From the human T2T-CHM13v2.0 reference genome, Homo sapiens: DNA of 64,000 bases. The notes beneath the pieces were generated by a model. It was not told the DNA's origin. It did no database searches and was given only the letters and a program-made list of their open reading frames with translations. Shown here in pieces: positions 1 through 13,063 of the stretch (the stretch's first letter is position 1; each line of letters begins with the position of its first letter). The translations under genes and the position numbers were made by a program. Location: assembly GCF_009914755.1 (NCBI RefSeq), contig NC_060928.1; one strand, 5' to 3'.

Positions 1-111
1 TGTACTGTATATAATACATACTTTGAGTACTTTGATATTTTATGTACAGTATATAATACATACTTTGCGTACTTTGATATTTTATGTCCAGTATAGAATA
101 TATAGTTTTGG

Positions 112-187
112 TAGTTTGATATTTTATGTACAGTATATAGTTTGAGTACTTTCACATTTTATGTACAGTTTATTATAAATGTTTGGG
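112..187 (+). repeat. First example of the recurrent 76-bp punctuation cassette (35-bp + 41-bp short monomers); about 93 copies in the window
   Basis: 112-146 is a 35-mer ending CAGTATATAGTTTGAG; 147-187 is a 41-mer ending CAGTTTATTATAAATGTTTGGG. Other copies include 1182-1257, 1804-1879, 5529-5604, 13108-13183, 24320-24395 and 42513-42588. Confidence 0.92.
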
Positions 188-859
188 TGTTTTCATATTT
201 TATGTACTGTATATAATACATACATTGGGCACTTTGATATATTATGTACAGTATATAATACATACTTTGGGTACTTTGATATTTTATGTACAGTATATAA
301 TACATACTTTGGTACTTTTATGTTTCATGTACAGTATATAATATATAGTTTGGGTACTTTGATATTTTATGTACAGTATATAATACATAGTTTGGGTATT
401 TTGATATTTTATGTACAGTGTATAATACATACTTTGGGTACTTTGATATTTTATGTACAGTATGTAATATATAGTTTGGGTACATTGATATTTTATGTGC
501 AGTATATAACACATACTTTCGGTAGTTGGATATTTTATGTACAGTATATAATACATACTTTCGGTACTTCGATATTTGATGTACAGTATACTATATATAG
601 ATGGGTACTTTGATATTTTATGTCGGGTATAAAATAAATAGTTTTGGTACTTAGATATTTTATGTACAGTGTATAGTTTGAGTACTTTGATATTTTATGT
701 ACAGTTTGTTATAAATGGGTGCTTTCATATTTTATGTACAGTATATAATACATACTATGGGCACTTTGATATTTTATGTACAGTATATAATACATACTTT
801 GGGTACTTTGATATTTTATGCACACTACATAATACATACTTTGGGTACTTTGATATTTT

Positions 860-3800
860 ATGTACAGTATGTAATACATAATTTGGGTACTTTTATATTT
901 TATGTATAGTATATAATACTTACTTTGGGTACTTTGATATTTTATGGACAGTGTATAATACATACTTTGGGTACTTTGATATTTTATGTACAGTATATAA
1001 CATATAGTGTGGGTAATTTGATATTTTATATACAGTATATAATACATAATTTGGGTACTTTGATATTTTATGTACAGTATATAATACATACTTTGGGTAC
1101 TTTGATATTTCATGCACAGTATACAATATATAGTTTGAGTACTTTGATATTTTATGTACTGTATAAAATATATAGTTTTGGTACTTTGATATTTTATGTA
1201 CAGTATATAGTTTGAGTACTTTGATATTTTATGTACAGTTTGTTATAAATGCTTGGGTGCTTTCATATTTTATGTACAGTATATAATACATACTTTGGGC
1301 ACTTTGATATCTTATGTACAGTATATAATACATACTTTGGGTTCTCTGATATTTTCTGTACAGTGTATAATACATACTTTGGGTACTTTGATATTTTATG
1401 TACAATATATAATACATACGTTGGGAACTTTGATATATTATGTACAGTATATAATACATACTTTGGGTACTTTGATATTTTATCTACAGTATACAACACA
1501 TAGTTTGTATACTTTGATATTTTATGTACAGTATATAATACATACTTTGGGTACTTTGATATTTTATGTACAGTACATAATACATACTTTGGGTATTTTC
1601 ATATTTTATGTACAGTATATAATATATAGTTTGGTTACTTTGATATTTTATCTACAGTTTATAATACATACTTTGGATACTTTGAAACTTTATGTACAGT
1701 ATATAATACGTAATTTGGGTAGTTTGATATTTTATGTACAGTATACAATATATAGTTTGAGTACTTTAATATTTTATGTGCAGTATAAAATATATAGTTT
1801 TGGTACTTTCATATTTTATGTACAGTATATAGTTTGAGTACTTTGATATTTTATGTACAGTTTTTTATAAATGTTTGGGTGCTTTCATATTTTATGTACA
1901 GTATATAATACATACTAAGGGCACTTTGATATTTTATGTACAGTATATAATACATACTTTGGGTACTTTGATATTTTATGTACGGTATATAATACATACA
2001 TTGGGTACTTTGATATTTTATGTACAGTATATAATATATAGTTTGGGTATTTTGATATTTTATGTACAGTATATAATACATACTTTGGGTACTTTGATAT
2101 TTTATGTACAGTATATAATACATACTTTGGGAACTTTGATATTTTATGTACAGTATGTAAAACATACTTTGGGTACTTTGATATTTTATGTACAGGATAT
2201 AATGCATACTTTGGGTACTTTGATAGTTTATGTACAGTCTATAATACATACTTTGGGTACTTTGATATTTTATGTATAGTATAAAATATATAGTTTGGGT
2301 ACTTTGATATTTTATGTACAGTATGTAAAAGATACTTTGGGGAGTTTTATATTTTATGTACAGTATGTAAAACATACTTTGGGGAGTTTGATATTTTATG
2401 AACAGTATATAATACACATTTTGTGTACTTTGATATTTTGTGTACAGTATATAATACATACTTTGGGTACTTTCATATTTTATGTACAGTATATATTACA
2501 TACTTTGGGTACTTTGATATTTTATGTACAGTATACAATATATAGTTTGAGTACTTTGATATTTTATGTACTGTATAAAATATATAGTTTTGGTACTTTG
2601 ATATTTTATGTACAGTATATAGTTTGAGTACTTTGATATTTTATGTACAGTTTGTTATAAATATTTTGGTGCTTTCATATTTTACGTACTGTATATAATA
2701 CATGCTTTGGGCACTTTGATATTTTATGTACAGTATATAATACATACTTTGTGTACTCTGATATTTTATGTACAGTGTATAATACATACTTTGGGTACTT
2801 TGATATTTTATGTACAGTATATAATACATACATTGGGTACTTTGATATATTATGTACAGTATATAATACTTACTTGGGGTACTTTGATATTTTATGTACA
2901 GTATATAATACATAGTTTGGGTACTTTGATATTTTATGTACAGTATATAATACATACTTTGGGTACTTTGATATTTTATGTACAGTATATAATACATACT
3001 TTGGGTACTTTCATATTTCATTTACAGTTTATAATATATAGTTTGGGTACTTTGGTATATTATGTACTGTATATAATACATTCTTTGGGTACTTTGATAT
3101 TTTATGTACAGTATATAATACATACTTTGGGTACTTTGATATTTTATGTACAGTATAAAATATATACTTTGACTACTTTGATATTTTATGTCCAGTATAG
3201 AATATATATTTTTGGTACTTTGATATTTTATGTACAGTATATAGTTTGAGTACATTGATATTTTATGTACACTTTATTATAAATGTTTGGATACTTTCAT
3301 ATTTTATGTACAGTATATAATACATACTTTGGGCACTTTGATATTTTATGTACAGTATACAATACATACTTTGGGTACTTTGATATTTTATGTACAGTAT
3401 ATAATACATAATTTGGGTACTTTGATATTTTATGTACAGTATATAATGCATACTTTGGGTACTTTGATGTTTTATGTACAGTATATAATACATACTTAGG
3501 GTACTTTGACATTTTATGTGCAGTACATAATACATACTTTGGATACTTTGTTATTTTAAATACAGTATGTAATACATATTTTGGGTACTTTGATATTTTA
3601 TGTACAGTATATAATACATACTTTGGTACTTTTATATTTCATGTACAGTATAAAATATATAGTTTGGGTACTTTGATATTTTATGTACACTATATAATAC
3701 ATAGTTTGGGTATTTTGATATTTTATGTACAGTATATAATACATACTTTGTGTACTTTGATATTTTATGTACAGTATATAATATATAGTTTGGGTACTTT

Positions 3801-6400
3801 GATATTTTATGTGTAGTATATAACACATACTTTCGGTAGTTGGATATTTTATGTACAGTATATAATACATACTTTGGGTACTTCGATATTTGATGTACAG
3901 TATACTATACATAGTTTGGGTACTTTGATATTTTATGTCGGGTACAAAATAAATAGTTTTGGTACTTAGATATTTTATGTACAGTATATAGTTTGAGTAC
4001 TTTGATATTTTATGTACAGTTTATTATAAATGGGTGCTTTCATATTTTATGTACAGTATATAATACATACTATGGGCACTTTGATATTTTATGTACAGTA
4101 TATAATACATACTTTGGGTACTTTGATATTTTATGTACACTACATAATACATACTTTGGGTACTTTGATATTTTATGTACAGTACATAATATATAGTTTG
4201 GGTACTTTGATATTTTATGTGTAGTATATAACACATACTTTCGGTACTTGGATATTTTATGTACAGTATATAATACATAATTTGGGTACTTCCATATTTT
4301 ATGTACAGTATGCTATATATAGTTTGGGTACTTTGATATTTTATGTCCAGTATAAAATAAAAAGTTTTGGTAATTCGATATTTTATGTACAGTGTATCGT
4401 TTGAGTACTTTGATATTTAATGTACAGTTTATTGTAAATGTTCGGGTGCTTTCATATTTTATGTACAGTATATAATACATTCTTTGAGCACTTTGATATT
4501 TTATGTACAGTATATAATACATACTTTGGGTAATTTGATATTTTATGTACAGTATATAATACATACATTGGGTACTTTGATATTTTACGTACAGTATATA
4601 ATATATAGTTAGGGTACTTTGATATTTTATATACAGTATATAATATATATTATGTGTACTTTGATATATTATGTACAGTATATAATATATAGTTTGGGTA
4701 ATTTGATATTTTATGTACAGTATACAATATATAGTATTGGTACTTTGATATTTCATGTAAAGTATATAGTTTGAGTACTTTGATATTTTATATACAATTT
4801 ATTATAAATGTTTGGGTACCTTCCTATTTTATGTACAGTATATAATACATACTTTGGGAACTTTTATTTTATGTGCACTATATAATACATACTTTGGGTA
4901 GTTTGATATTTTATGTATGGTATATAATACACACTTTGGGTACTTTGATATTTTATGTACAGTATATAATACACACTTTGGGTACTTTGATATTTTATGT
5001 ACAGTATATAATACATACTTTGAGTACTTTGATATTTTATGTACAGTATATAATACATACTTTGGGTACTTTAATATTTTATGTATAGTATATAATACCT
5101 ACTTTGGGTACTTTGATATTTTGTGGAAAGTATATAATACATGCTTTGGGTAAGTTGATATTTTATGTACAGTATATAATATATAGTTTGGGTACTTTGA
5201 TATTTTATATACAGTATATAATACATACTTTGGGTACTTTGATATTTTTTGTACAGTATATAAAACATACTTTGGGGAGTTTGATATTGTATGAACAGTA
5301 TATAATACACATTTTGGGTACTTTGATATTTTATGTACAGTATATAATACATACTTTGGGTACTTTGATATTTTACGTGCAGTATATAATACATAGGTTG
5401 GGTACTTTGATATTTTATGTACAGTATATAATACATACATTGGGTACTTCGATATTTTATGTGCAGTACCGTATATATAGTTTGGGTATTTTGATATTTT
5501 ATGTCCAGTATAAAATAAATAGTTTTGTTACTTTGATATTTTATGTACAGTTTATAGTTTGAGTACTTTGATATTTAATGTTCAGTTTATTATAAATGTT
5601 TGGGTGCTTTCATATTTTATATACAGTATATAATACATACTTTGGGCACCTTGATATTTTATGTACAGTATATAATACATACTTTGGGTACTTTGATATT
5701 TTATGTACGGTATATAATACATACATTGGGTACTTTGATATTTTATGTACAGTATATAATATATACTTTGGGTACTTTGATATTTTATATACAGTATATA
5801 ATATATATTATGTGTACTTTGATATATTCTGTGCAGTATATAATATATAGTTTGGGTTGTTTGATATTTTATGTACAGTATATAATATATAGTATGGGTA
5901 GTTTGATATTTTAAGTACAGTATGTAATATATAGTTTGTGTTATTTGATATTTTATGTACAGTATACAATATATAGTACTGGTACTTTGATATTTCATGT
6001 AAAGTATATAGTTTGAGTACTTTGATATTTTATATACAGTTTATTATAAATGTTTGGGTACCTTCATATTTTATGTACAGTATGTAATACATACTTTGGG
6101 AACTTTTATTTTATGTGCAGTATATAATACATACTTTGGGTACTTTGATATTTTATGTACAGTATATAATACACACTTTGGGTACTTTGATATTTTATGT
6201 ACAGTATATAATACACACTTTGGGTACTTTGATATTTTATGTACAGTATATAATACACACTTTGGGTACTTTGATATTTTATGTACAGTATATAATACAT
6301 ACTTTGGGTAATTTGATGTATTATGTACAGTATATAATACATACTTTGGGTACTTTGATATTTTATGTACAGTATATAATACATACTTTGGGTACTTTGA
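860..6400 (+). repeat. Copy 1 of a ~5.5-6.2 kb higher-order unit (approximate boundaries)
   Basis: The series of variant monomers recurs downstream at offsets 5547 (925/6472, 1253/6800), 5589 (2295/7884, 2707/8296), 6169 (3255/9424), 6127 (3598/9725, 4030/10157) and 6211 (5104/11315, 5600/11811). Confidence 0.85.
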
Positions 6401-9400
6401 TATTTTATGTACAGTATGTAATACATAATTTGGGTACTTTTATATTTTATGTATAGTATATAATACTTACTTTGGGTACTTTGATATTTTATGGACAGTG
6501 TATAATACATACTTTGGGTACTTTGATATTTTATGTACAGTATATAACATATAGTTTGGGTAATTTAAAATTTTATATACAGTATATAATACATACTTTG
6601 GGTACTTTGATATTTTATGTACAGTATATAATACATACTTTGGGTACTTTGATATTTCATGCATAGTATACAATATATAGTTTGAGTACTTTGATATTTT
6701 ATGTACTGTATAAAATATATAGTTTTGGTACTTTGATATTTTATGTACAGTATATAGTTTGAGTACTTTGATATTTTATGTACAGTTTGTTATAAATGTT
6801 TGGGTGCTTTCATATTTTATGTACAGTATATAATACATACTTTGGGCACTTTGATATCTTATGTACAGTATATAATACATACTTTGGGTTCTCTGATATT
6901 TTCTGTACAGTGTATAATACATACTTTGGGTACTTTGATATTTTATGTACAATATATAATACATACGTTGGGAACTTTGATATATTATGTACAGTATATA
7001 ATACATACTTTGGGTACTTTGATATTTTATCTACAGTATACAACACATAGTTTGTGTACTTTGATATTTTATGTACAGTATATAATACATACTTTGGGTA
7101 CTTTGATATTTTATGTACAGTACATAATACATACTTTGGGTACTTTCATATTTTATGTACAGTATATAATATATAGTTTGGTTACTTTGATATTTTATCT
7201 ACAGTTTATAATACATACTTTGGATACTTTGAAACTTTATGTACAGTATATAATACGTACTTTGGGTACTTTGATATTTTATGTACCGTATACAATATAT
7301 AGTTTGAGTACTTTAATATTTTATGTGCAGTATAAAATATATAGATTTGGTACTTTCATATTTTATGTACAGTATATAGTTTGAGTACTTTGATATTTTA
7401 TGTACAGTTTTTTATAAATGTTTGGGTGCTTTCATATTTTATGTACAGTATATAATACATACTAAGGGCACTTTGATATTTTATGTACAGTATATAATAC
7501 ATACTTTGGGTACTTTGAAATTTTATGTACGTCATATAATATATAGTTTGGGTACTTTGATATTTTATGTACAGTATATAATACATACCTTGGGTACTTT
7601 GATATTTTATGTACAGTATATAATATATAGTTTGGGTATTTTGATATTTTATGTACAGTATATAATACATACTTTGGGTACTTTGATATTTTATGTACAG
7701 TATATAATACATACTTTGGGAACTTTGATATTTTATGTACAGTATGTAAAACATGCTTTGGGTACTTTGATATTTTATGTACAGGATATAATGCGTACTT
7801 TGGGTACTTTGATAGTTTATGTACAGTCTATAATACATACTTTGGGTACTTTGATATTTTATGTATAGTATAAAATATATAGTTTGGGTACTTTGATATT
7901 TTATGTACAGTATGTAAAAGATACTTTGGGGAGTTTGATATTTTATGTACAGTATGTAAAACATACTTTGGGGAGTTTGATATTTTATGAACAGTATATA
8001 ATACACATTTTGTGTACTTTGATATTTTGTGTACAGTATATAATACATACTTTGGGTACTTTGATATTTTATGTACAGCATATATTACATACTTTGGGTA
8101 CTTTGATATTTTATGTACAGTATACAATATATAGTTTGAGTACTTTGATATTTTATGTACTGTATAAAATATATAGTTTTGGTACTTTGATATTTTATGT
8201 ACAGTATATAGTTTGAGTACTTTGATATTTTATGTACAGTTTGTTATAAATATTTTGGTGCTTTCATATTTTATGTACTGTATATAATACATGCTTTGGG
8301 CACTTTGATATTTTATGTACAGTATATAATACATACTTTGGGTACTCTGATATTTTATGTACAGTGTATAATACATACTTTGGGTACTTTGATATTTTAT
8401 GTACAGTATATAATACATACATTGGGTACTTTGATATATTATGTACAGTATATAATACTTACTTGGGGTACTTTGATATTTTATGTACAGTATATAATAC
8501 ATAGTTTGTGTACTTTGATATTTTATGTACAGTATATAATACATACTTTGGGTACTTTGATATTTTATGTACAGTATATAATACATACTTTGGGTATCTT
8601 GATATTTTATGTACAGTATATAATGCATACTTTGCGTACTTTGATATTTTATGTACAGTATATAATGCATACTTTGGGTACTTTGATATTTTATGTACAG
8701 TATGTAATACATACTTTGGGTACTTTGATATTTTATGTATAGTATATAATACATACTTTGTGTAGTTTGATATTTTATGTACAGTATACAATATATAGTT
8801 TGAGTACTTTGTTATTTTATGTGCAGTATAAAATATATAGTTTTCGTAATTGATATTTTATGTACAGAATATAGTTTCAGTACTTTGATATTTTATGTAC
8901 ACTTTATTATAAACGTTTGGGTACTTTCATAATTTATGTACAGTATATAATACATACTTTGGTCTCTTTGATGTTTTATGTACAGTATATAATACATACT
9001 TTGGGTTCTTTGATATTTTATATGCAGAATATAATGCATAGTTTTAGGTACTTTTATATTTTATGTACAGTATATAATACATACTTTGGGTACTTTGATA
9101 TTTTATGTACAGTATATAATACATACTTTGGGTACTTTGATATTTTATGTACAGTATATAATACATACTTTGGGTACTTTCATATTTCATGTACAGTTTA
9201 TAATATATAGTTTGGGTACTTTAGTATATTATGTACTGTATATAATACATACTTTGGGTACTTTGATATTTTATGTACAGTATATAATACATACTTTGGG
9301 TACTTTGATATTTTATGTACAGTATAAAATATATACTTTGACTACTTTGATATTTTATGTCCAGTATAGAATATATATTTTTGGTAGTTTGATATTTCAT

Positions 9401-12400
9401 GTACAGTATATAGTTTGAGTACATTGATATTTTATGTACACTTTATTATAAATGTTTGGATACTTTCATATTTTATGTACAGTATATAATACATACTTTG
9501 GGCACTTTGATATTTTATGTACAGTATATAATACATAATTTGGGTACTTTGATATTTTATGTACAGTATATAATGCATACTTTGGGTACTTTGATGTTTT
9601 ATGTACAGTATATAATACATACTTAGGGTACTTTGACATTTTATGTGCAGTACATAATACATACTTTGGATACTTTGTTATTTTAAATACAGTATGTAAT
9701 ACATATTTTGGGTACTTTGATATTTTATGTACAGTATATAATACATACTTTGGTACTTTTATATTTCATGTACAGTATAAAATATATAGTTTGGGTACTT
9801 TGATATTTTATGTACAGTATATAATACATAGTTTGGGTATTTTGATATTTTATGTACAGTATATAATACATACTTTGGGTACTTTGATATTTTATGTACA
9901 GTATATAATATATAGTTTGGGTACTTTGATATTTTATGTGTAGTATATAACACATACTTTCGGTAGTTGGATATTTTATGTACAGTATATAATACATACT
10001 TTGGGTACTTCGATATTTGATGTACAGTATACTATACATAGTTTGGGTACTTTGATATTTTATGTCGGGTATAAAATAAATAGTTTTGGTACTTAGATAT
10101 TTTATGTACAGTATATAGTTTGAGTACTTTGATATTTTATGTACAGTTTATTATAAATGGGTGCTTTCATATATTATGTACAGTATATAATACATACTAT
10201 GGGCACTTTGATATTTTATGTACAGTATATAATACATACTTTGGGTACTTTGATATTTTATGTACACTACATAATACATACTTTGGGTACTTTGATATTT
10301 TATGTACAGTACATAATATATAGTTTGGGTACTTTGATATTTTATGTGTAGTATATAACACATACTTTCGGTACTTGGATATTTTATGTACAGTATATAA
10401 TACATAATTTGGGTACTTCCATATTTTATGTACAGTATGCTATATATAGTTTGGGTACTTTGATATTTTATGTCCAGTATAAAATAAAAAGTTTTGGTAA
10501 TTCGATGTTTTATGTACAGTGTATCGTTTGAGTACTTTGATATTTAATGTACAGTTTATTATAAATGTTCGGGTGCTTTCATATTTTATGTACAGTATAT
10601 AATACATACTTTGAGCACTTTGATATTTTATGTACAGTATATAATACATACTTTGGGTAATTTGATATTTTATGTACAGTATATAATACATACATTGGGT
10701 ACTTTGATATTTTATGTACAGTATATAATATATAGTTAGGGTACTTTGATATTTTATATACAGTATTTAATATATATTATGTGTACTTTGATATATTATG
10801 TACAGTATATAATATATAGTTTGGGTAATTTGATATTTTATGTACAGTATACAATATATAGTATTGGTACTTTGATATTTCATGTAAAGTATATAGTTTG
10901 AGTACTTTGATATTTTATATACAGTTTATTATAAATGTTTGGGTACCTTCCTATTTTATGTACAGTATATAATACATACTTTGGGAACTTTTATTTTATG
11001 TGCAGTATATAATACATACTTTGGGTACTTTGATATTTTATGTATAGTATATAATACACACTTTGGGTACTTTGATATTTTATGTACAGTATATAATACA
11101 CACTTTGGGTACTTTGATATTTTATGTACAGTATATAATACATACTTTGGGAACTTTGATGTATTATGTACAGTATATAATACATACTTTGGGTACTTTG
11201 ATATTTTATGTACAGTATATAATACATACTTTGAGTACTTTGATATTTTATGTACAGTATATAATACATACTTTGGGTACTTTAATATTTTATGTATAGT
11301 ATATAATACCTACTTTGGGTACTTTGATATTTTGTGGAAAGTATATAATACATGCTTTGGGTAAGTTGATATTTTATGTACAGTATATAATATATAGTAT
11401 GGGTACTTTGATATTTTATATACAGTATATAATACATACTTTGGGTACTTTGATATTTTTTGTACAGTATATAAAACATACTTTGGGGAGTTTGATATTG
11501 TATGAACAGTATATAATACACATTTTGGGTACTTTGATATTTTATGTACAGTATATAATACATACTTTGGGTACTTGGATATTTTACGTGCAGTATATAA
11601 TACATAGGTTGGGTACTTTGATATTTTATGTACAGTATATAATACATATATTGGGTACTTCGATATTTTATGTGCAGTACCGTATATATAGTTTGGGTAT
11701 TTTGATATTTTATGTCCAGTATAAAATAAATAGTTTTGTTACTTTGATATTTTATGTACAGTTTATAGTTTGAGTACTTTGATATTTAATGTTCAGTTTA
11801 TTATAAATGTTTGGGTGCTTTCATATTTTATATACAGTATATAATACATACTTTGGGCACCTTGATATTTTATGTACAGTATATAATACATACTTCGGGT
11901 ACTTTGATATTTTATGTACGGTATATAATACATACATTGGGTACTTTGATATTTTATGTACAGTATATAATATATACTTTGGGTACTTTGATATTTTATA
12001 TACAGTATATAATATATATTATGTGTACTTTGATATATTCTGTGCAGTATATAATATATAGTTTGGGTTGTTTGATATTTTATGTACAGTATATAATATA
12101 TAGTTTGGGTAGTTTGATATTTTAAGTACAGTATGTAATATATAGTTTGTGTTATTTGATATTTTATGTACAGTATACAATATATAGTACTGGTACTTTG
12201 ATATTTCATGTAAAGTATATAGTTTCAGTACTTTGATATTTTATATACAGTTTATTATAAATGTTTGGGTACCTTCATATTTTATGTACAGTATATAATA
12301 CATACTTTGGGAACTTTTATTTTATGTGCAGTATATAATACATACCTTGGGTACTTTGATATTTTATGTACAGTATATAATACACACTTTGGGTACTTTG

Positions 12401-12625
12401 ATATTTTATGTACAGTATATAATACACACTTTGGGTAGTTTGATATTTTATGTACAGTATATAATACATACTTTGGGTACTTTGATGTATTATGTACAGT
12501 ATATAATACATACTCTGGGTACTTTGATATTTTATGTACAGTATATAATACATACTTTGGGTACTTTGATATTTTATGTACAGTATGTAATACATAATTT
12601 GGGTACTTTAATATTTTATGTATAG
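6401..12625 (+). repeat. Copy 2 of the ~5.5-6.2 kb higher-order unit
   Basis: Collinear with 860-6400. It differs by whole-monomer indels and one 580-bp block. Confidence 0.85.
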
Positions 12626-13063
12626 TATATAATACATACTTTGGGTACTTTGATATTTTATGTACAGTATATAATACATACATTGGGTACTTTCATATTT
12701 CATGTACAGTATATAATATATAGTTTGGGTACTTTGGTATATTATGTACTGTATATAATACATACTTTGAGTACTTTGATATTTTATGTACAGTATATAA
12801 TACATACTTTGGGTACTTTGATATTTTATGTACAGTATGTAATACATAATTTGGGTACTTTAATATATTATGTATAGTATATAATACATACTATGGGTAC
12901 TTTTATATTTTATATACAGTATATAATACATACATTGGGTACTTTCATATTTCATGTACAGTATATAATATATAGTTTGGGTACTTTGGTATATTATGTA
13001 CTGTATATAATACATACTTTGAGTACTTTGATATTTTATGTACAGTATATAATACATACTTTG
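12560..13063 (+). repeat. Local tandem duplication of a 6-monomer (252-bp) unit
   Basis: The same ordered variants (CATAATTTGGG-TACTTTAAT, CATTGGG-TACTTTCATATTTCATG, TTTGGTATATTATGTACTG, TTTGAG) recur at offset 252 (ORFs 12608/12860 and 12641/12893). Confidence 0.85.

Noticed and set aside
43-48. TGTACA palindrome as a steroid-receptor element or hairpin
   Set aside because: It is only a 6-bp palindrome or half-site, with no partner at 3-bp spacing and no extended stem.
51-180. TATA-box or bacterial -10-like motifs (TATATAA, TATAAT, TATAAAT)
   Set aside because: They occur in essentially every monomer of 76% AT DNA, with no other promoter context. They are uninformative without TSS data.
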